Origin: an uncultured Phycisphaerales bacterium
GTDB taxonomy: Bacteria > Planctomycetota > Phycisphaerae > Sedimentisphaerales > Anaerobacaceae
Assembly: GCA_963718665.1 (NCBI GenBank)
Contig: OY970359.1
Coordinates: forward strand, 1,984,001 to 2,048,000
Direction of reading: 5' to 3'
Length of the DNA: 64,000 bases
The position numbers and the translations under genes were made by a program. Every line of letters starts with the position of its first letter. Position 1 is the first letter of the stretch. Shown here in pieces: positions 19,353 through 28,860 of the stretch. The notes under the pieces are model-generated. The model worked only from the letters and a program-made list of their open reading frames with translations, was not told the origin of the DNA and ran no database searches.

Positions 19353-21077
19353 ATGGAAGAAAAAGACCCGATAATTTCGTTTATTACGAAAGAAAATATC
19401 CTTGATGAAGCCACTTTGCAGACGGCTATCGCCCAGCAGCGGCAAACCGGACAGAGCTTAATAAGTGTGCTCAAAAAGGGCAATCTCGTGAATGAGGAAC
19501 AGCTCACGAGGGTTATTGCTGCTGCCCACAATATCGAGTTTGTAAATCTTTCGCCGGATATGATAGACCCGATGGCGGCCCATTTGCTTTCGTATGAAAT
19601 GGTTAACCACAGTAACGTCATCCCAATTAAAAAGGAAGGTAAGCGTCTGTTTGTCGCGATGAGTTCTCCGTTGAATCTATCGGTTCGTGACCAGATAGAG
19701 ATGAAGACGGGCTATGAGGTATCGCCGGTTGCCGCTTCGCTGAACGCGATAAAGCAGGCAATTAACTATCATTTCAGCGTCCGCGACGTAACCAAGCAGA
19801 CAATCGTCTCGATGCGGCTTAAACAGGAGCCGGGACAGGGCACTGAAGACGACGGGATGCTTGAAAGCAAGCTCACCGAGGTCGAGCGGGAATCCACAAA
19901 GGTTGCCGATTCGCCGATTACCCGGCTGGTTTCGTCTATAATCAACGGTGCGATTGACGCTCGTGCCAGTGACATACATCTTGAGCCGAGAGAATCGGAT
20001 ATGAGGGTGCGATATCGCATCGACGGCATTCTGCTCGATACGCTAAACGTGCCGGTTTCGGCCCAGCTCGAGGTTATATCGCATATCAAGATTATGTCGG
20101 ATATGGATATTTCCGAGAAAAGGGCGCCCCAGGACGGCCACATGTCGGTGCAACATGACGGCAAAGATTATGACCTGCGTGTTTCGTCTCTGCCGGCGAC
20201 CGGCGGGGAAAAAATTGTGATGAGAATCTTAGACAAGCATTCTTTGCGGTGGTCGCTCGATTCGGTTGTGGCTTCGGTGGAGGATAATCAGAAATTCAAA
20301 CGGCTTGCGGCAAATCCATACGGGATGATTCTGCTGGCTGGCCCCACCGGCTGCGGCAAGACCACTACGTTGTATGCCTTATTGCAAATGCTTAATGTCC
20401 CCGAAAAGAACATCGTTACAGTCGAAGACCCCGTTGAGTACCGGCTTGAGGGTATTACGCAGTTGCAGATCAGGTCTGTTGCGGGATTGACTTTCGCGTC
20501 GGCGCTGCGAAGTATTGTTAGACAGGACCCGAATGTAATTCTTGTCGGCGAAATACGCGACCCTGAGACCGCGGAAATAGCAGTCAGCGCCGCGTTGACG
20601 GGACACCTGGTTCTAAGCACACTGCATACCAATGATGCGGCAGGTGCGGTGTCACGTTTGATAAACCTGGGTGTGGCTCCCTTCCTTGTCGCCTCAGCGT
20701 TGCTGGGCGCAGTTGCACAACGACTGGTGAGAACTACCTGCGACAAATGCAAACAGCCATATACCCCGTCGGCGGAAGAACTGGCGATGATTTTCGGCAA
20801 GTCCCTGCCCGATAAGGATATACAGATTTATAAGGGTACTGGCTGCAATAGCTGTAGAAACACCGGCTATCGCGGACGACGTGGCATTTTTGAGATTCTT
20901 ACCGTTAGTCCGCAGATTCGCAAGATGATAACCGATGGCTGCAGCGACGGGCAAATAAAACAGCAGGCGATACAGGAAGGAATGAGGACACTGACGAAAG
21001 CCGCAATTGCCGATATGCTTGCCGGCAATACCACAATTGATGAGCTGATGCGGGTTGTGGATTTGAGGGTGGATTAA
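19353..21077 (+). CDS. GspE/PilB-family assembly ATPase
   Basis: ASDIHLEP, RYRIDG, GPTGCGKTTTLY, TVEDPVEY, RQDPNVILVGEIRD, LSTLHTND, CxxC Zn site. Confidence 0.95.
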   Translation: MEEKDPIISFITKENILDEATLQTAIAQQRQTGQSLISVLKKGNLVNEEQLTRVIAAAHNIEFVNLSPDMIDPMAAHLLSYEMVNHSNVIPIKKEGKRLFVAMSSPLNLSVRDQIEMKTGYEVSPVAASLNAIKQAINYHFSVRDVTKQTIVSMRLKQEPGQGTEDDGMLESKLTEVERESTKVADSPITRLVSSIINGAIDARASDIHLEPRESDMRVRYRIDGILLDTLNVPVSAQLEVISHIKIMSDMDISEKRAPQDGHMSVQHDGKDYDLRVSSLPATGGEKIVMRILDKHSLRWSLDSVVASVEDNQKFKRLAANPYGMILLAGPTGCGKTTTLYALLQMLNVPEKNIVTVEDPVEYRLEGITQLQIRSVAGLTFASALRSIVRQDPNVILVGEIRDPETAEIAVSAALTGHLVLSTLHTNDAAGAVSRLINLGVAPFLVASALLGAVAQRLVRTTCDKCKQPYTPSAEELAMIFGKSLPDKDIQIYKGTGCNSCRNTGYRGRRGIFEILTVSPQIRKMITDGCSDGQIKQQAIQEGMRTLTKAAIADMLAGNTTIDELMRVVDLRVD

Positions 21078-22282
21078 TGGCTGTCTATACATACGTAGCC
21101 AAAGACGACAAAGGCGTGATGCTGACGGGTACCTATACCGATGTAGAGAGCCAATCTGCGCTTCGCGACGAATTGGAAAAAATAGGGTATGTCTTGGTCA
21201 AAGCCAGGCGTGGAAAACAGGACGTTAAAAAACGTCGCGCAGCATGCAGAGTAAAGCAATCGGACGTCGCTACTTTCGCGTATAAGTTTGCGGGTATGTA
21301 CTCGGCTGGTTTGCCGATTCTAAGGTGTCTTGAAACGCTGGAACAGCAGGTGGATAACCCGGCCTTTAAAAGTATATTGACAGAGGTCAAAGATGACGTG
21401 GGGGCAGGGACAAGTTTGAAGGCCGCCTTCGCCAAACACAAGGGCGTATTCTCGGATTTCTTCCTTGGAATGGTGGAAGCGGGTGAATTAGGCGGCAAGC
21501 TAGGCGAGACCCTTGAAATGACTGCATCTTACCTTGAAAAGCAGGTTGCGCTGAGGCAGAAAGTCAAGGCCGCATTTGCTTACCCGGTAATGGTTACGGT
21601 TATGTGCCTGTTAGTTGTTATTTTCCTGCTTGCTTTCGTTATACCGGTTTTCTCGAAGCTGTATTCCCAGGTTCACGCGCCGATGCCGGACCCCACGCTC
21701 ATCCTTGTGGCGGCAAGCGCGCTTGTAAGGCACTGGTGGTGGGCGATAATTATTGTTATTGGAATATCTGTGCTCGTCATTAAAAAATTGCTTGCCAACC
21801 CCTTGTTCAGGGCTAAGTGGGACAATTTCAAACTTAATGTGCCCGTGTTTGGCAAGCTTAACAGGATGCTGGTTGCGTCGCACTTCATGCGGACATTCGC
21901 GATGCTTTCCTCGGTCGGCGTATCAGTGGTTAAGTCGCTGGATATGGCAAGTTTAGTTGCTCATAATCACAAAATAACCGAAATTACGGCGGAAATGAGG
22001 AAGGCGATACAGGCGGGCACTCCAATGTCTGTGTCATTAAAAAGGTATGATGTTTTTCCGCCGGTGATAATACAGATGGCTTCCTCAGGCGAAGAGGTTG
22101 GTATGCTGCCTGAGATGCTGAACAAAGGAGTGGAGATTCTTGATAAAGATATCGAGCGGGCAGTAAACGCGTTGCTTGTCAAACTCGAGCCGATTTTGAC
22201 GCTTACTATGGGCGCCGTTGTCGGATTGATTCTTATGGGCGCGTATCTGCCGATGTTCGATTATATGGGGCATTTGAAGTAG
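21077..22282 (+). CDS. GspF/PilC-family inner-membrane platform protein
   Basis: AGLPILRCL, MVEAGELGGKL, AYP, GEEVGML, LEP..YLPMF. Confidence 0.93.
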   Translation: MAVYTYVAKDDKGVMLTGTYTDVESQSALRDELEKIGYVLVKARRGKQDVKKRRAACRVKQSDVATFAYKFAGMYSAGLPILRCLETLEQQVDNPAFKSILTEVKDDVGAGTSLKAAFAKHKGVFSDFFLGMVEAGELGGKLGETLEMTASYLEKQVALRQKVKAAFAYPVMVTVMCLLVVIFLLAFVIPVFSKLYSQVHAPMPDPTLILVAASALVRHWWWAIIIVIGISVLVIKKLLANPLFRAKWDNFKLNVPVFGKLNRMLVASHFMRTFAMLSSVGVSVVKSLDMASLVAHNHKITEITAEMRKAIQAGTPMSVSLKRYDVFPPVIIQMASSGEEVGMLPEMLNKGVEILDKDIERAVNALLVKLEPILTLTMGAVVGLILMGAYLPMFDYMGHLK

Positions 22283-22365
22283 GACATAACAGCGAAATAG
22301 TCCCATAATCGGAGGGCGAGGGAATATTATCGGCGGAGATTTGTTGATTTGCAGCGGTTTTTGAT

Positions 22366-22392
22366 TAAGTCAGAGGCGTTTTATGTCGAGGA
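22366..22392 (+). promoter_or_regulatory. Putative sigma28-type promoter of the major pilin
   Basis: TAAG-N15-GTCGAGGA. Confidence 0.5.
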
Positions 22393-22456
22393 CAAATCAG
22401 TTAGTTGAGCCGAGTTTGTGTGCTTTTAATTAGCGAGATTATTTAAGGAGAAATAA

Positions 22457-22774
22457 ATGCGGAGCAGGAAAGGTTTAACATTAATTGAACTGTTGATTGT
22501 GGTCATCATTCTTGGCGCCTTGGCGGCGATTGCGATTCCGAGAATCACCACCAGCGCCACCACGGCCAAACAAAACGCGTGCAATACCAATGTAGATACG
22601 CTCAATACATCTATCGAGATGTATAAGATGGATAATGGTGCGTATCCGGCATCGCTGGCCACGCTAACGTCCGACGTGAATTACTTCCCGGATGGTGCGC
22701 CGGTCTGTCCCTATGGAACTCCATACGTGTTAAAGTCGGATGGTTCGAACAGGGTTCAACCCCACTCTCATTAA
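22457..22774 (+). CDS. Major pilin/pseudopilin (GspG-like)
   Basis: Class III signal RKG|LTLIELLIVVIILGALAAIAIP; strong RBS; followed by a hairpin. Confidence 0.9.
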   Translation: MRSRKGLTLIELLIVVIILGALAAIAIPRITTSATTAKQNACNTNVDTLNTSIEMYKMDNGAYPASLATLTSDVNYFPDGAPVCPYGTPYVLKSDGSNRVQPHSH

Positions 22775-22817
22775 TCCGCTGGCCGGACGAGTTTTTGACT
22801 TTAAGCAGAGATTATCT

Positions 22818-22858
22818 GGGATGGCTGCGAATCGCTAAGCAGCTATCCCGTTTGTTTG
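22818..22858 (+). terminator. Hairpin/partial terminator after the major pilin
   Basis: GGGATGGCTGC...GCAGCTATCCC followed by GTTTGTTTG. Confidence 0.55.
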
Positions 22859-22880
22859 ATTGTATGGGCAGGCCTTTACT

Positions 22881-23342
22881 ATGACCGGAAAAAGGACAGC
22901 ATATAGCTTGGCAGAAATGATTGTTGTGGTCCTGATTTTGGGGGCCTTGGCGTTTATCGCGATACCACAGCTTAATTTAACCGCCCTTCATCATAAACAG
23001 GCAAATACAATTGCCAAACAAATTATTACCGACCTTCGCCGGACTCGCACGCTGGCCATTTCTTACGCCGCGAACAATACCAAGGGATATAATCTGCAAA
23101 TGGTCGGCTCTTCGCCTTACACCAGTTATCAGATAGTGGATGCCAATTCCGGGGCGATTGTGGATACTCTTACCATTGATTCGCCGATAAGTTGCACGGG
23201 CGGCTCCATTTTTAAATTCGGGCCTTTGGGAAACCTGCTTACCGGCAGCAGCGCGACGCCGATTACGGTTTCCTCTGAAAGCAAAACTTATACAATCACT
23301 GTCATATCCGCTACGGGTATTGTGGAATGCACGGGAGGTTAA
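22881..23342 (+). CDS. Minor pilin (GspH/FimT-like)
   Basis: RTA|YSLAEMIVVVLILGALAFIAIP; F.FGPLG..TITV..TG C-terminus. Confidence 0.85.
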   Translation: MTGKRTAYSLAEMIVVVLILGALAFIAIPQLNLTALHHKQANTIAKQIITDLRRTRTLAISYAANNTKGYNLQMVGSSPYTSYQIVDANSGAIVDTLTIDSPISCTGGSIFKFGPLGNLLTGSSATPITVSSESKTYTITVISATGIVECTGG

Positions 23343-23348
23343 GCGGCA

Positions 23349-23765
23349 ATGTGCCTGAAACATTCAAAAGCAAATCGACGGCACAAGGGGCTTAGCATCA
23401 TCGAAGTTGCGATGGCTTCAGTTTTGTTGATTCTCGCGATGGTTCCCATTCTCAGGTCACTGACAAAGGCCAATATGATGTCAACGGATATAGAGAGAAA
23501 GACACAGTCCCTGGTTTTAGCCCAGGGTAAGCTCGATACAATAAGGGCTATTTCTGTTTACAATTTTGGCTCATCTGGTTCTTTTACGGCCAGTAATGTT
23601 GTTCTTAGCGGTTCGTATCTTTGCAATATCACCGATGCTGCTACGTCCGACCCGAATTTGAAACAGATAACCGTCTCTGTCGGCTACGATGACAGCGGTA
23701 ACGGCACACTGTCTTCCAATGAGGTCGACGTTACTCTGACCACCTATATCGCCAACCGATGGTAA
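23349..23765 (+). CDS. Minor pilin (PilV/GspI-like)
   Basis: HKG|LSIIEVAMASVLL; LKQITVSV..TLTTYIA. Confidence 0.8.
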   Translation: MCLKHSKANRRHKGLSIIEVAMASVLLILAMVPILRSLTKANMMSTDIERKTQSLVLAQGKLDTIRAISVYNFGSSGSFTASNVVLSGSYLCNITDAATSDPNLKQITVSVGYDDSGNGTLSSNEVDVTLTTYIANRW

Positions 23766-23977
23766 GCTTATAGGACTTTTTCTCGAAACCTCTAAATTAT
23801 ATTTCCTTCCCCATTTGACTGTCTCATAAAAACGTCGTTTTATAAGCGGCAAAGGGGGATTTTATATGTTTTCTCGTTTTTTTCTTTTGCGTTTATCATC
23901 ACGCCTTGCCGCAAACACTGCTCCCTTTTTATGCCGAAAAATACCAATGGTAAACCGGTCCTTATGCGCTAAAAAAG

Positions 23978-26350
23978 ATGATTAAAAAAAACGGCAAAAT
24001 ACGATTTCACAGAGCTATGACTTTGCTCGAGCTGGTATTGGCGATGGTTATGATAACCATTATCTTCGCCGCTGTTTTTCCGCAGTTTGCGGCCATAGGG
24101 CACAATTGGGACATCAAGCAGGGTTCCGCAGAGGCGCTCCAAAACGGCAGGGTGCTTATGGACCATATAAGCCGAAATCTCTCGAAGGCCAAGAGAATAA
24201 CTGCCGTCAGCGCTTCTACGGTTACCAATGGCTATATCCAGTTCGTTGATAACAACGATGTGAACGACAGATACGATATTGCTTCCTCTGACAGCTATGT
24301 TGAGTATGGCCCCGTCGGCACTCTTTCGGATTTAGCCGGCCCTGTAAGCTCATTCCAGTTTACCTGTTACGATGTCTGCGATAATCCTTTATCGCCTGTT
24401 ACCGATGCCAACGCCGTCCGCGTTGTAAAGATTAATGCCACCTTTACCAATTCGGCTTCCCTCGGTCAGCCTAAAACCTTCACCACCTGGGCTTATCTGC
24501 GGACGAACGGCCAGAATCAGGGATGTTGGCAGGACCAGGATATCGGGTCTGTTGCTGCCGCCGGCAGCGCAACTTCTGCGAATTCCAACTGGACCGTCGT
24601 TGGTTCGGGCGCTGACATTTGGAATACCTCTGATGGATTTCACTATGTCTATCAGTCGCTTAGCGGCAACGGACAAATTGTCGCCCGAGTTAGCAGTATC
24701 ACAAATACAAATTCCTGGGCAAAGGCGGGTGTGATGATTCGCGAGACACTGACTGGCGGCTCAGAACACGCTATAATGCTCATTACGCCCGGCCAGGGCA
24801 CGGATTTTCAATATCGAACCAGCACTAACGGCAGCAGCGTCAGTGCAACCACAACCGGAACCGGTAGCAGTATCGCGGCTCCCTACTGGGTCAAGTTAAC
24901 CCGAGTAGGAAATACTTTTACCGGCTATCACTCCCCGGACGACTCAAATTGGACACAGATTGGCAGCGTTTCAATCACTATGGCGACCAACGCTTATATT
25001 GGTCTGGCGGTCACCAGCCACAGCGATGGCGCCCTCTGCACTGCCAATTTCGATAATATCAGCTTTTTAACGTATGAAGGGTTTAGCGAGGCCAAGAACC
25101 CATCTGATAGTAATACGTCTGTTACTATTCCAACGCCTGCTACGAATGTGGGCGACCTGCTCATCGCGGCAGTCGCCACCGACGGCAGCACAACTATTTC
25201 ATCACCTTCCGGATGGACAGTAATTAACCAAGGCAGCGATCCCAACAGTCAGGTAACTCTGGGCGTCTGGTGGAGATTTGCGGTTGTCTCAGAGCCGGCA
25301 AGTCATCAATTCACCTGGACAGGAGGTCAGAAGGCATACGGCTGGATGATGCGGTTTAAGGGCCAAAACCTCGCCAGTCCAATTAATACTTTCTCGTCCG
25401 CCAGCAGTTCCGGCAGTGCCACGCCAACCAGTCCCGCAGTTACGACAACAACCAATTGCTGCCTGATTCTTCGTCTGGGGGCGTTTGACGATTCCGATAT
25501 TAACGTTGACAGCCCCGGCTTAAGCGGTAATACCCCCATTACGATGGATGCGAGTGGCGGCAGTCCCATAGCGGTTACAATACTTGGCTCGTGGCTAACA
25601 GGTACAACCCATGCGATAGCGTCGGGCACCAACCGTGCTCTGGTCTTCATTGCACATGCAAAGAGCAGCAGCAGCACATCGAGCTTAACCGCTGTTACCT
25701 ATGGCGGGCGAGCGATGACAAAAATTACCGATAAGCTTACAGGGAGCGGTTCCAGCCGGGCATACGTTGCGGCGTTTATCCTCAATGACGCCAATATTAC
25801 TGCGGCAACTACCACCACCTTCACTCCGACTTGGACTTCGGCGCCAGGCAGTATCACATACACAAGTGTATTCCTTCAGAACGTCAACCAGACGACCCTT
25901 GTCAGGGCCACTGCCAGTGCCGGTGCCACAAGCAGCAGTACGGTATCGACTTCTGCACTTGCCAACAGCAACGGCGATATGGTGCTTGAGTGCGCCGCCA
26001 GCTCCGTCGCGGGCACATACACAGTAACGAGCGGCTGGACTAAAGACATTGACCTTTCGGTAACAGGTTACGATGGTATGGGTGGACACAAACCCGCAAC
26101 AGGCGCCAGCGAAACGCCGAGTATAACCCAATCGAACGGCAACCATTCGCTTATTGGGTTCGTAGTGCAGGGTACAGGGCTTGGTACGGTTTCTGGCGGC
26201 GCCGGATACGTCAGGCAATCGCTTGCTGGCAATAGCGGAACTTCGACCTTCTCAATTGGCTCGGCAAATGAGGCGAGGATGCTTACCATAGCGATAGCGC
26301 CGAGCGACCCTAACCGTAACGCCTGTTGCCAGAGCAATATATTACCTTGA
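23978..26350 (+). CDS. Giant minor pilin (PilW/GspJ position) with ConA/lectin-like and further beta-rich domains
   Basis: HRA|MTLLELVLAMVMITII; GSGADIW..SDGFHYVYQ.LSG.GQIVARV..WAKAGVMIRE..PYWVKLTRVGNTFTGY domain; Ser/Thr-rich. Confidence 0.8.
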   Translation: MIKKNGKIRFHRAMTLLELVLAMVMITIIFAAVFPQFAAIGHNWDIKQGSAEALQNGRVLMDHISRNLSKAKRITAVSASTVTNGYIQFVDNNDVNDRYDIASSDSYVEYGPVGTLSDLAGPVSSFQFTCYDVCDNPLSPVTDANAVRVVKINATFTNSASLGQPKTFTTWAYLRTNGQNQGCWQDQDIGSVAAAGSATSANSNWTVVGSGADIWNTSDGFHYVYQSLSGNGQIVARVSSITNTNSWAKAGVMIRETLTGGSEHAIMLITPGQGTDFQYRTSTNGSSVSATTTGTGSSIAAPYWVKLTRVGNTFTGYHSPDDSNWTQIGSVSITMATNAYIGLAVTSHSDGALCTANFDNISFLTYEGFSEAKNPSDSNTSVTIPTPATNVGDLLIAAVATDGSTTISSPSGWTVINQGSDPNSQVTLGVWWRFAVVSEPASHQFTWTGGQKAYGWMMRFKGQNLASPINTFSSASSSGSATPTSPAVTTTTNCCLILRLGAFDDSDINVDSPGLSGNTPITMDASGGSPIAVTILGSWLTGTTHAIASGTNRALVFIAHAKSSSSTSSLTAVTYGGRAMTKITDKLTGSGSSRAYVAAFILNDANITAATTTTFTPTWTSAPGSITYTSVFLQNVNQTTLVRATASAGATSSSTVSTSALANSNGDMVLECAASSVAGTYTVTSGWTKDIDLSVTGYDGMGGHKPATGASETPSITQSNGNHSLIGFVVQGTGLGTVSGGAGYVRQSLAGNSGTSTFSIGSANEARMLTIAIAPSDPNRNACCQSNILP

Positions 26351-26358
26351 GCCATAAT

Positions 26359-26751
26359 ATGAAAATGAGGATGAAAAATAACGGTGTCGTGTTTTTGATA
26401 GTCGTTTTTGCGATTGCGCTTATAGCGACAATCACAATGGGCATTCTGGTAATGACCACGGAAGAATTGCAGCTTATGCAAAACCAGTTGTATGCAGCAA
26501 ACGCGATGTGCACCGCTGAGGCAGGGCTTAACGCTGCGTTTGTGCAGATAAGGTCAAACTCGAGTTGGACAACCGGCTTTACCAATACGTCGTTCAACGG
26601 CGGCAGCTACACCGTGACTGTTACGGGGACAACAATTACCTCTACCGGCACCTCGTCGCAGGGGTATATGGCCAGGATGGCGGCTGACGTAACGATTGGC
26701 ACGAGTTCGCCATACAAAATCAGAATCGATAAGTTGAGGGTCAACGAATGA
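26359..26751 (+). CDS. PilX/GspK-like minor pilin
   Basis: NNG|VVFLIVVFAIALIA without Glu5; A...AEAGL..A motif. Confidence 0.75.
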   Translation: MKMRMKNNGVVFLIVVFAIALIATITMGILVMTTEELQLMQNQLYAANAMCTAEAGLNAAFVQIRSNSSWTTGFTNTSFNGGSYTVTVTGTTITSTGTSSQGYMARMAADVTIGTSSPYKIRIDKLRVNE

Positions 26752-28283
26752 GATTTGTCGAAAAGACAGTGACAGGGATAGATATCTCACAGGAAAGCAT
26801 CAGTATCGTTTTGCTCAAAAATGGCAAGAATGGCCCGAAGCTGGTCAAGTCGGTTTTCGCAGCTGTTCCCGCAGGTGCGATTAAAGACGGTAATATCGCA
26901 GATGCCGTGTTGCTTGCCAAGGCGATAAGAGAGATGAAGGTTCGCAACAGGATATGGACAAACCGTGCGGCCGTTTCACTTTTTGCCAAACCTGTTGTTA
27001 CACAGATGATAGAGATGCCAAAACAGATGCCGCCCAACCTGACCCAGTTTGTCCATGGGGAGATGAAGCACTGTGCCGCTATGCCCAGCGGAGATATCGT
27101 GCTTGATTACTGCTCTGTCGGTTCAAACAAGCGTTCGGCGGATAAAAAGGTTTTGGCGGCTGCCGCTGAGACGAAAAAAGTTACCGAGCTTGTTCAAATT
27201 TTAGGTCGTGCCGGTTTTTCCGCGGAGCTGGTTGAGCCGGCGATATTATCTTATTTGCGGGCCGTCAGTGGCAAAAAAATCGCGGGCAGGTCCGGTTGTA
27301 ATGTGCTTGTGGCTATTTTCAGAGATAACATCCTGACACTGTGTGTTTTAAGAAATGGAGTCGTTGATTTCATACGGACAAAGGAAGTCAGACAGAAATC
27401 GACTCCCGGTGATTTGTGCGGCTGGCTGGCCGAGGAGCTTGCCGAGATACAAAAATTTTACAGTGTTGAGGTTATGGACAATACAGGCAAATGGGAAATA
27501 GCCGTGTTTGCTGATATCGCCCAGTTGCCGCAGGATGCAGAAGCGATTCTGAAATCAAAAATTCAGGCCGGCTCACTGCAGGTCAGGACTTCGAAAGACG
27601 CGTATTTGGATACTATTGTTGGCGACCGACCGGCAGGCGATAAAAATGCGCAGTTATCACCGGTGGCTTTAGGTCTTGCTGTGAATCTTTTGGAGGCGCA
27701 GCAAGATGACGTGAGATTGAACCTGATGCCGCCGCAGATAGTCCAGATAAAGGAGGCCAAAAGGGACGTCGTGGTTGCCACTACCGTTGTTGCAGCGCTG
27801 CTGTTGCTTATGGTGCTGGCTGTCGCGGCGCCTGCGTATATGATTAAGAAGGTATCCGGCAATACCGCTGGAAAAACGGCGCGAGTATCGGTACGCAACA
27901 CGGACAAAATATTTGAGAAGAATCGGCATCTCGACGCCAGGTTGCAGGCCTTGTCGGATCGCCTCGACAGCATCGCAAAAATATCGGCCTCGTATAGCGA
28001 CGTAAACTGGGTGCAGTTATTCGCGAGCATACGCGATGCCGTCCCCGCCTCGGTTCGCATCGTCAGTTTGTCCTGTTCCGATGGCCAGAGGATACAGATT
28101 GAAGGACTGGCGCTGTCGAACGACGCCGTCAATTTATTCGTCAGTTTGCTTGAGAAATCGCCCGGTATCTCGACGGTAACGCTGCTTGAGTCCAGTAAAC
28201 AGGAGGGGCAAAAGGGATTTATAAACTACCAGATTAGTTGCAAGCTGGGTGTTAAGAAAGGCAAGGAAGATGATGTCGGTTGA
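26748..28283 (+). CDS. PilM-PilN fusion protein
   Basis: N-terminal GIDISQESI..VPAGAIKDGNI (PilM); ALGLA..LNLMP, TM, coiled coil and IEGLA (PilN). Confidence 0.75.
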   Translation: MRFVEKTVTGIDISQESISIVLLKNGKNGPKLVKSVFAAVPAGAIKDGNIADAVLLAKAIREMKVRNRIWTNRAAVSLFAKPVVTQMIEMPKQMPPNLTQFVHGEMKHCAAMPSGDIVLDYCSVGSNKRSADKKVLAAAAETKKVTELVQILGRAGFSAELVEPAILSYLRAVSGKKIAGRSGCNVLVAIFRDNILTLCVLRNGVVDFIRTKEVRQKSTPGDLCGWLAEELAEIQKFYSVEVMDNTGKWEIAVFADIAQLPQDAEAILKSKIQAGSLQVRTSKDAYLDTIVGDRPAGDKNAQLSPVALGLAVNLLEAQQDDVRLNLMPPQIVQIKEAKRDVVVATTVVAALLLLMVLAVAAPAYMIKKVSGNTAGKTARVSVRNTDKIFEKNRHLDARLQALSDRLDSIAKISASYSDVNWVQLFASIRDAVPASVRIVSLSCSDGQRIQIEGLALSNDAVNLFVSLLEKSPGISTVTLLESSKQEGQKGFINYQISCKLGVKKGKEDDVG

Positions 28284-28860
28284 AAAATTTATCCAGATTG
28301 AGCGTTCACACAGGCGTGTTTTACTGATAGCGCTGGCGGCGATTGTGGTTTTTGCGCTGTACCGGTGGATACTGGCGCCGCACACCAATCAGCTTCTGGC
28401 TGCGCAAAGATACAATTCCTCGCTTGATGCGGCTATACGCAAAGCCGATTTTATGCGCACGGCTATGGAAAATAAGAAGACCAAAATCGAGGAACTGACT
28501 AAGGAATCCGACCGGTTGCGAAATCAGTTATTTACGCAAAATGAAGCGCATCGGTTTTTCGCGTCTTTGCCGTCCGTTGTAGCCCAGTCCGGCTGTGCCG
28601 TTCTGTCTGTAAGCGCAGTGCCGGATGCGCAGCGGAATACGCAGAATGACACTCCAGCCATAGCTCCGAAAAAGGCAATGGTTACCATTATTGGCGGATA
28701 CAACAGCATAACTAAATTTCTTGGTGCGTTACAGAACTACGAACGCAAAGTATGGATAGAGTCCGTGAGAATAGATGCCGGCGGCGCCGGAAAACTCAAA
28801 TGTCAGGTGCTCCTGACGGTTTATTGCATCGAACGTGTGGAGAATTCTTTATATGAATAA
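28270..28860 (+). CDS. PilO-like alignment protein
   Basis: N-terminal TM, coiled coil, GGYNSITKFL..L...ERKV.I. Confidence 0.7.
   Translation: MMSVEKFIQIERSHRRVLLIALAAIVVFALYRWILAPHTNQLLAAQRYNSSLDAAIRKADFMRTAMENKKTKIEELTKESDRLRNQLFTQNEAHRFFASLPSVVAQSGCAVLSVSAVPDAQRNTQNDTPAIAPKKAMVTIIGGYNSITKFLGALQNYERKVWIESVRIDAGGAGKLKCQVLLTVYCIERVENSLYE

Noticed and set aside
19353..19530. c-di-GMP-binding MshEN motif in the pilus ATPase
   Set aside because: The helical pattern is present but both RLG signature positions are degenerate (DPII, QSLI), so binding is unsupported
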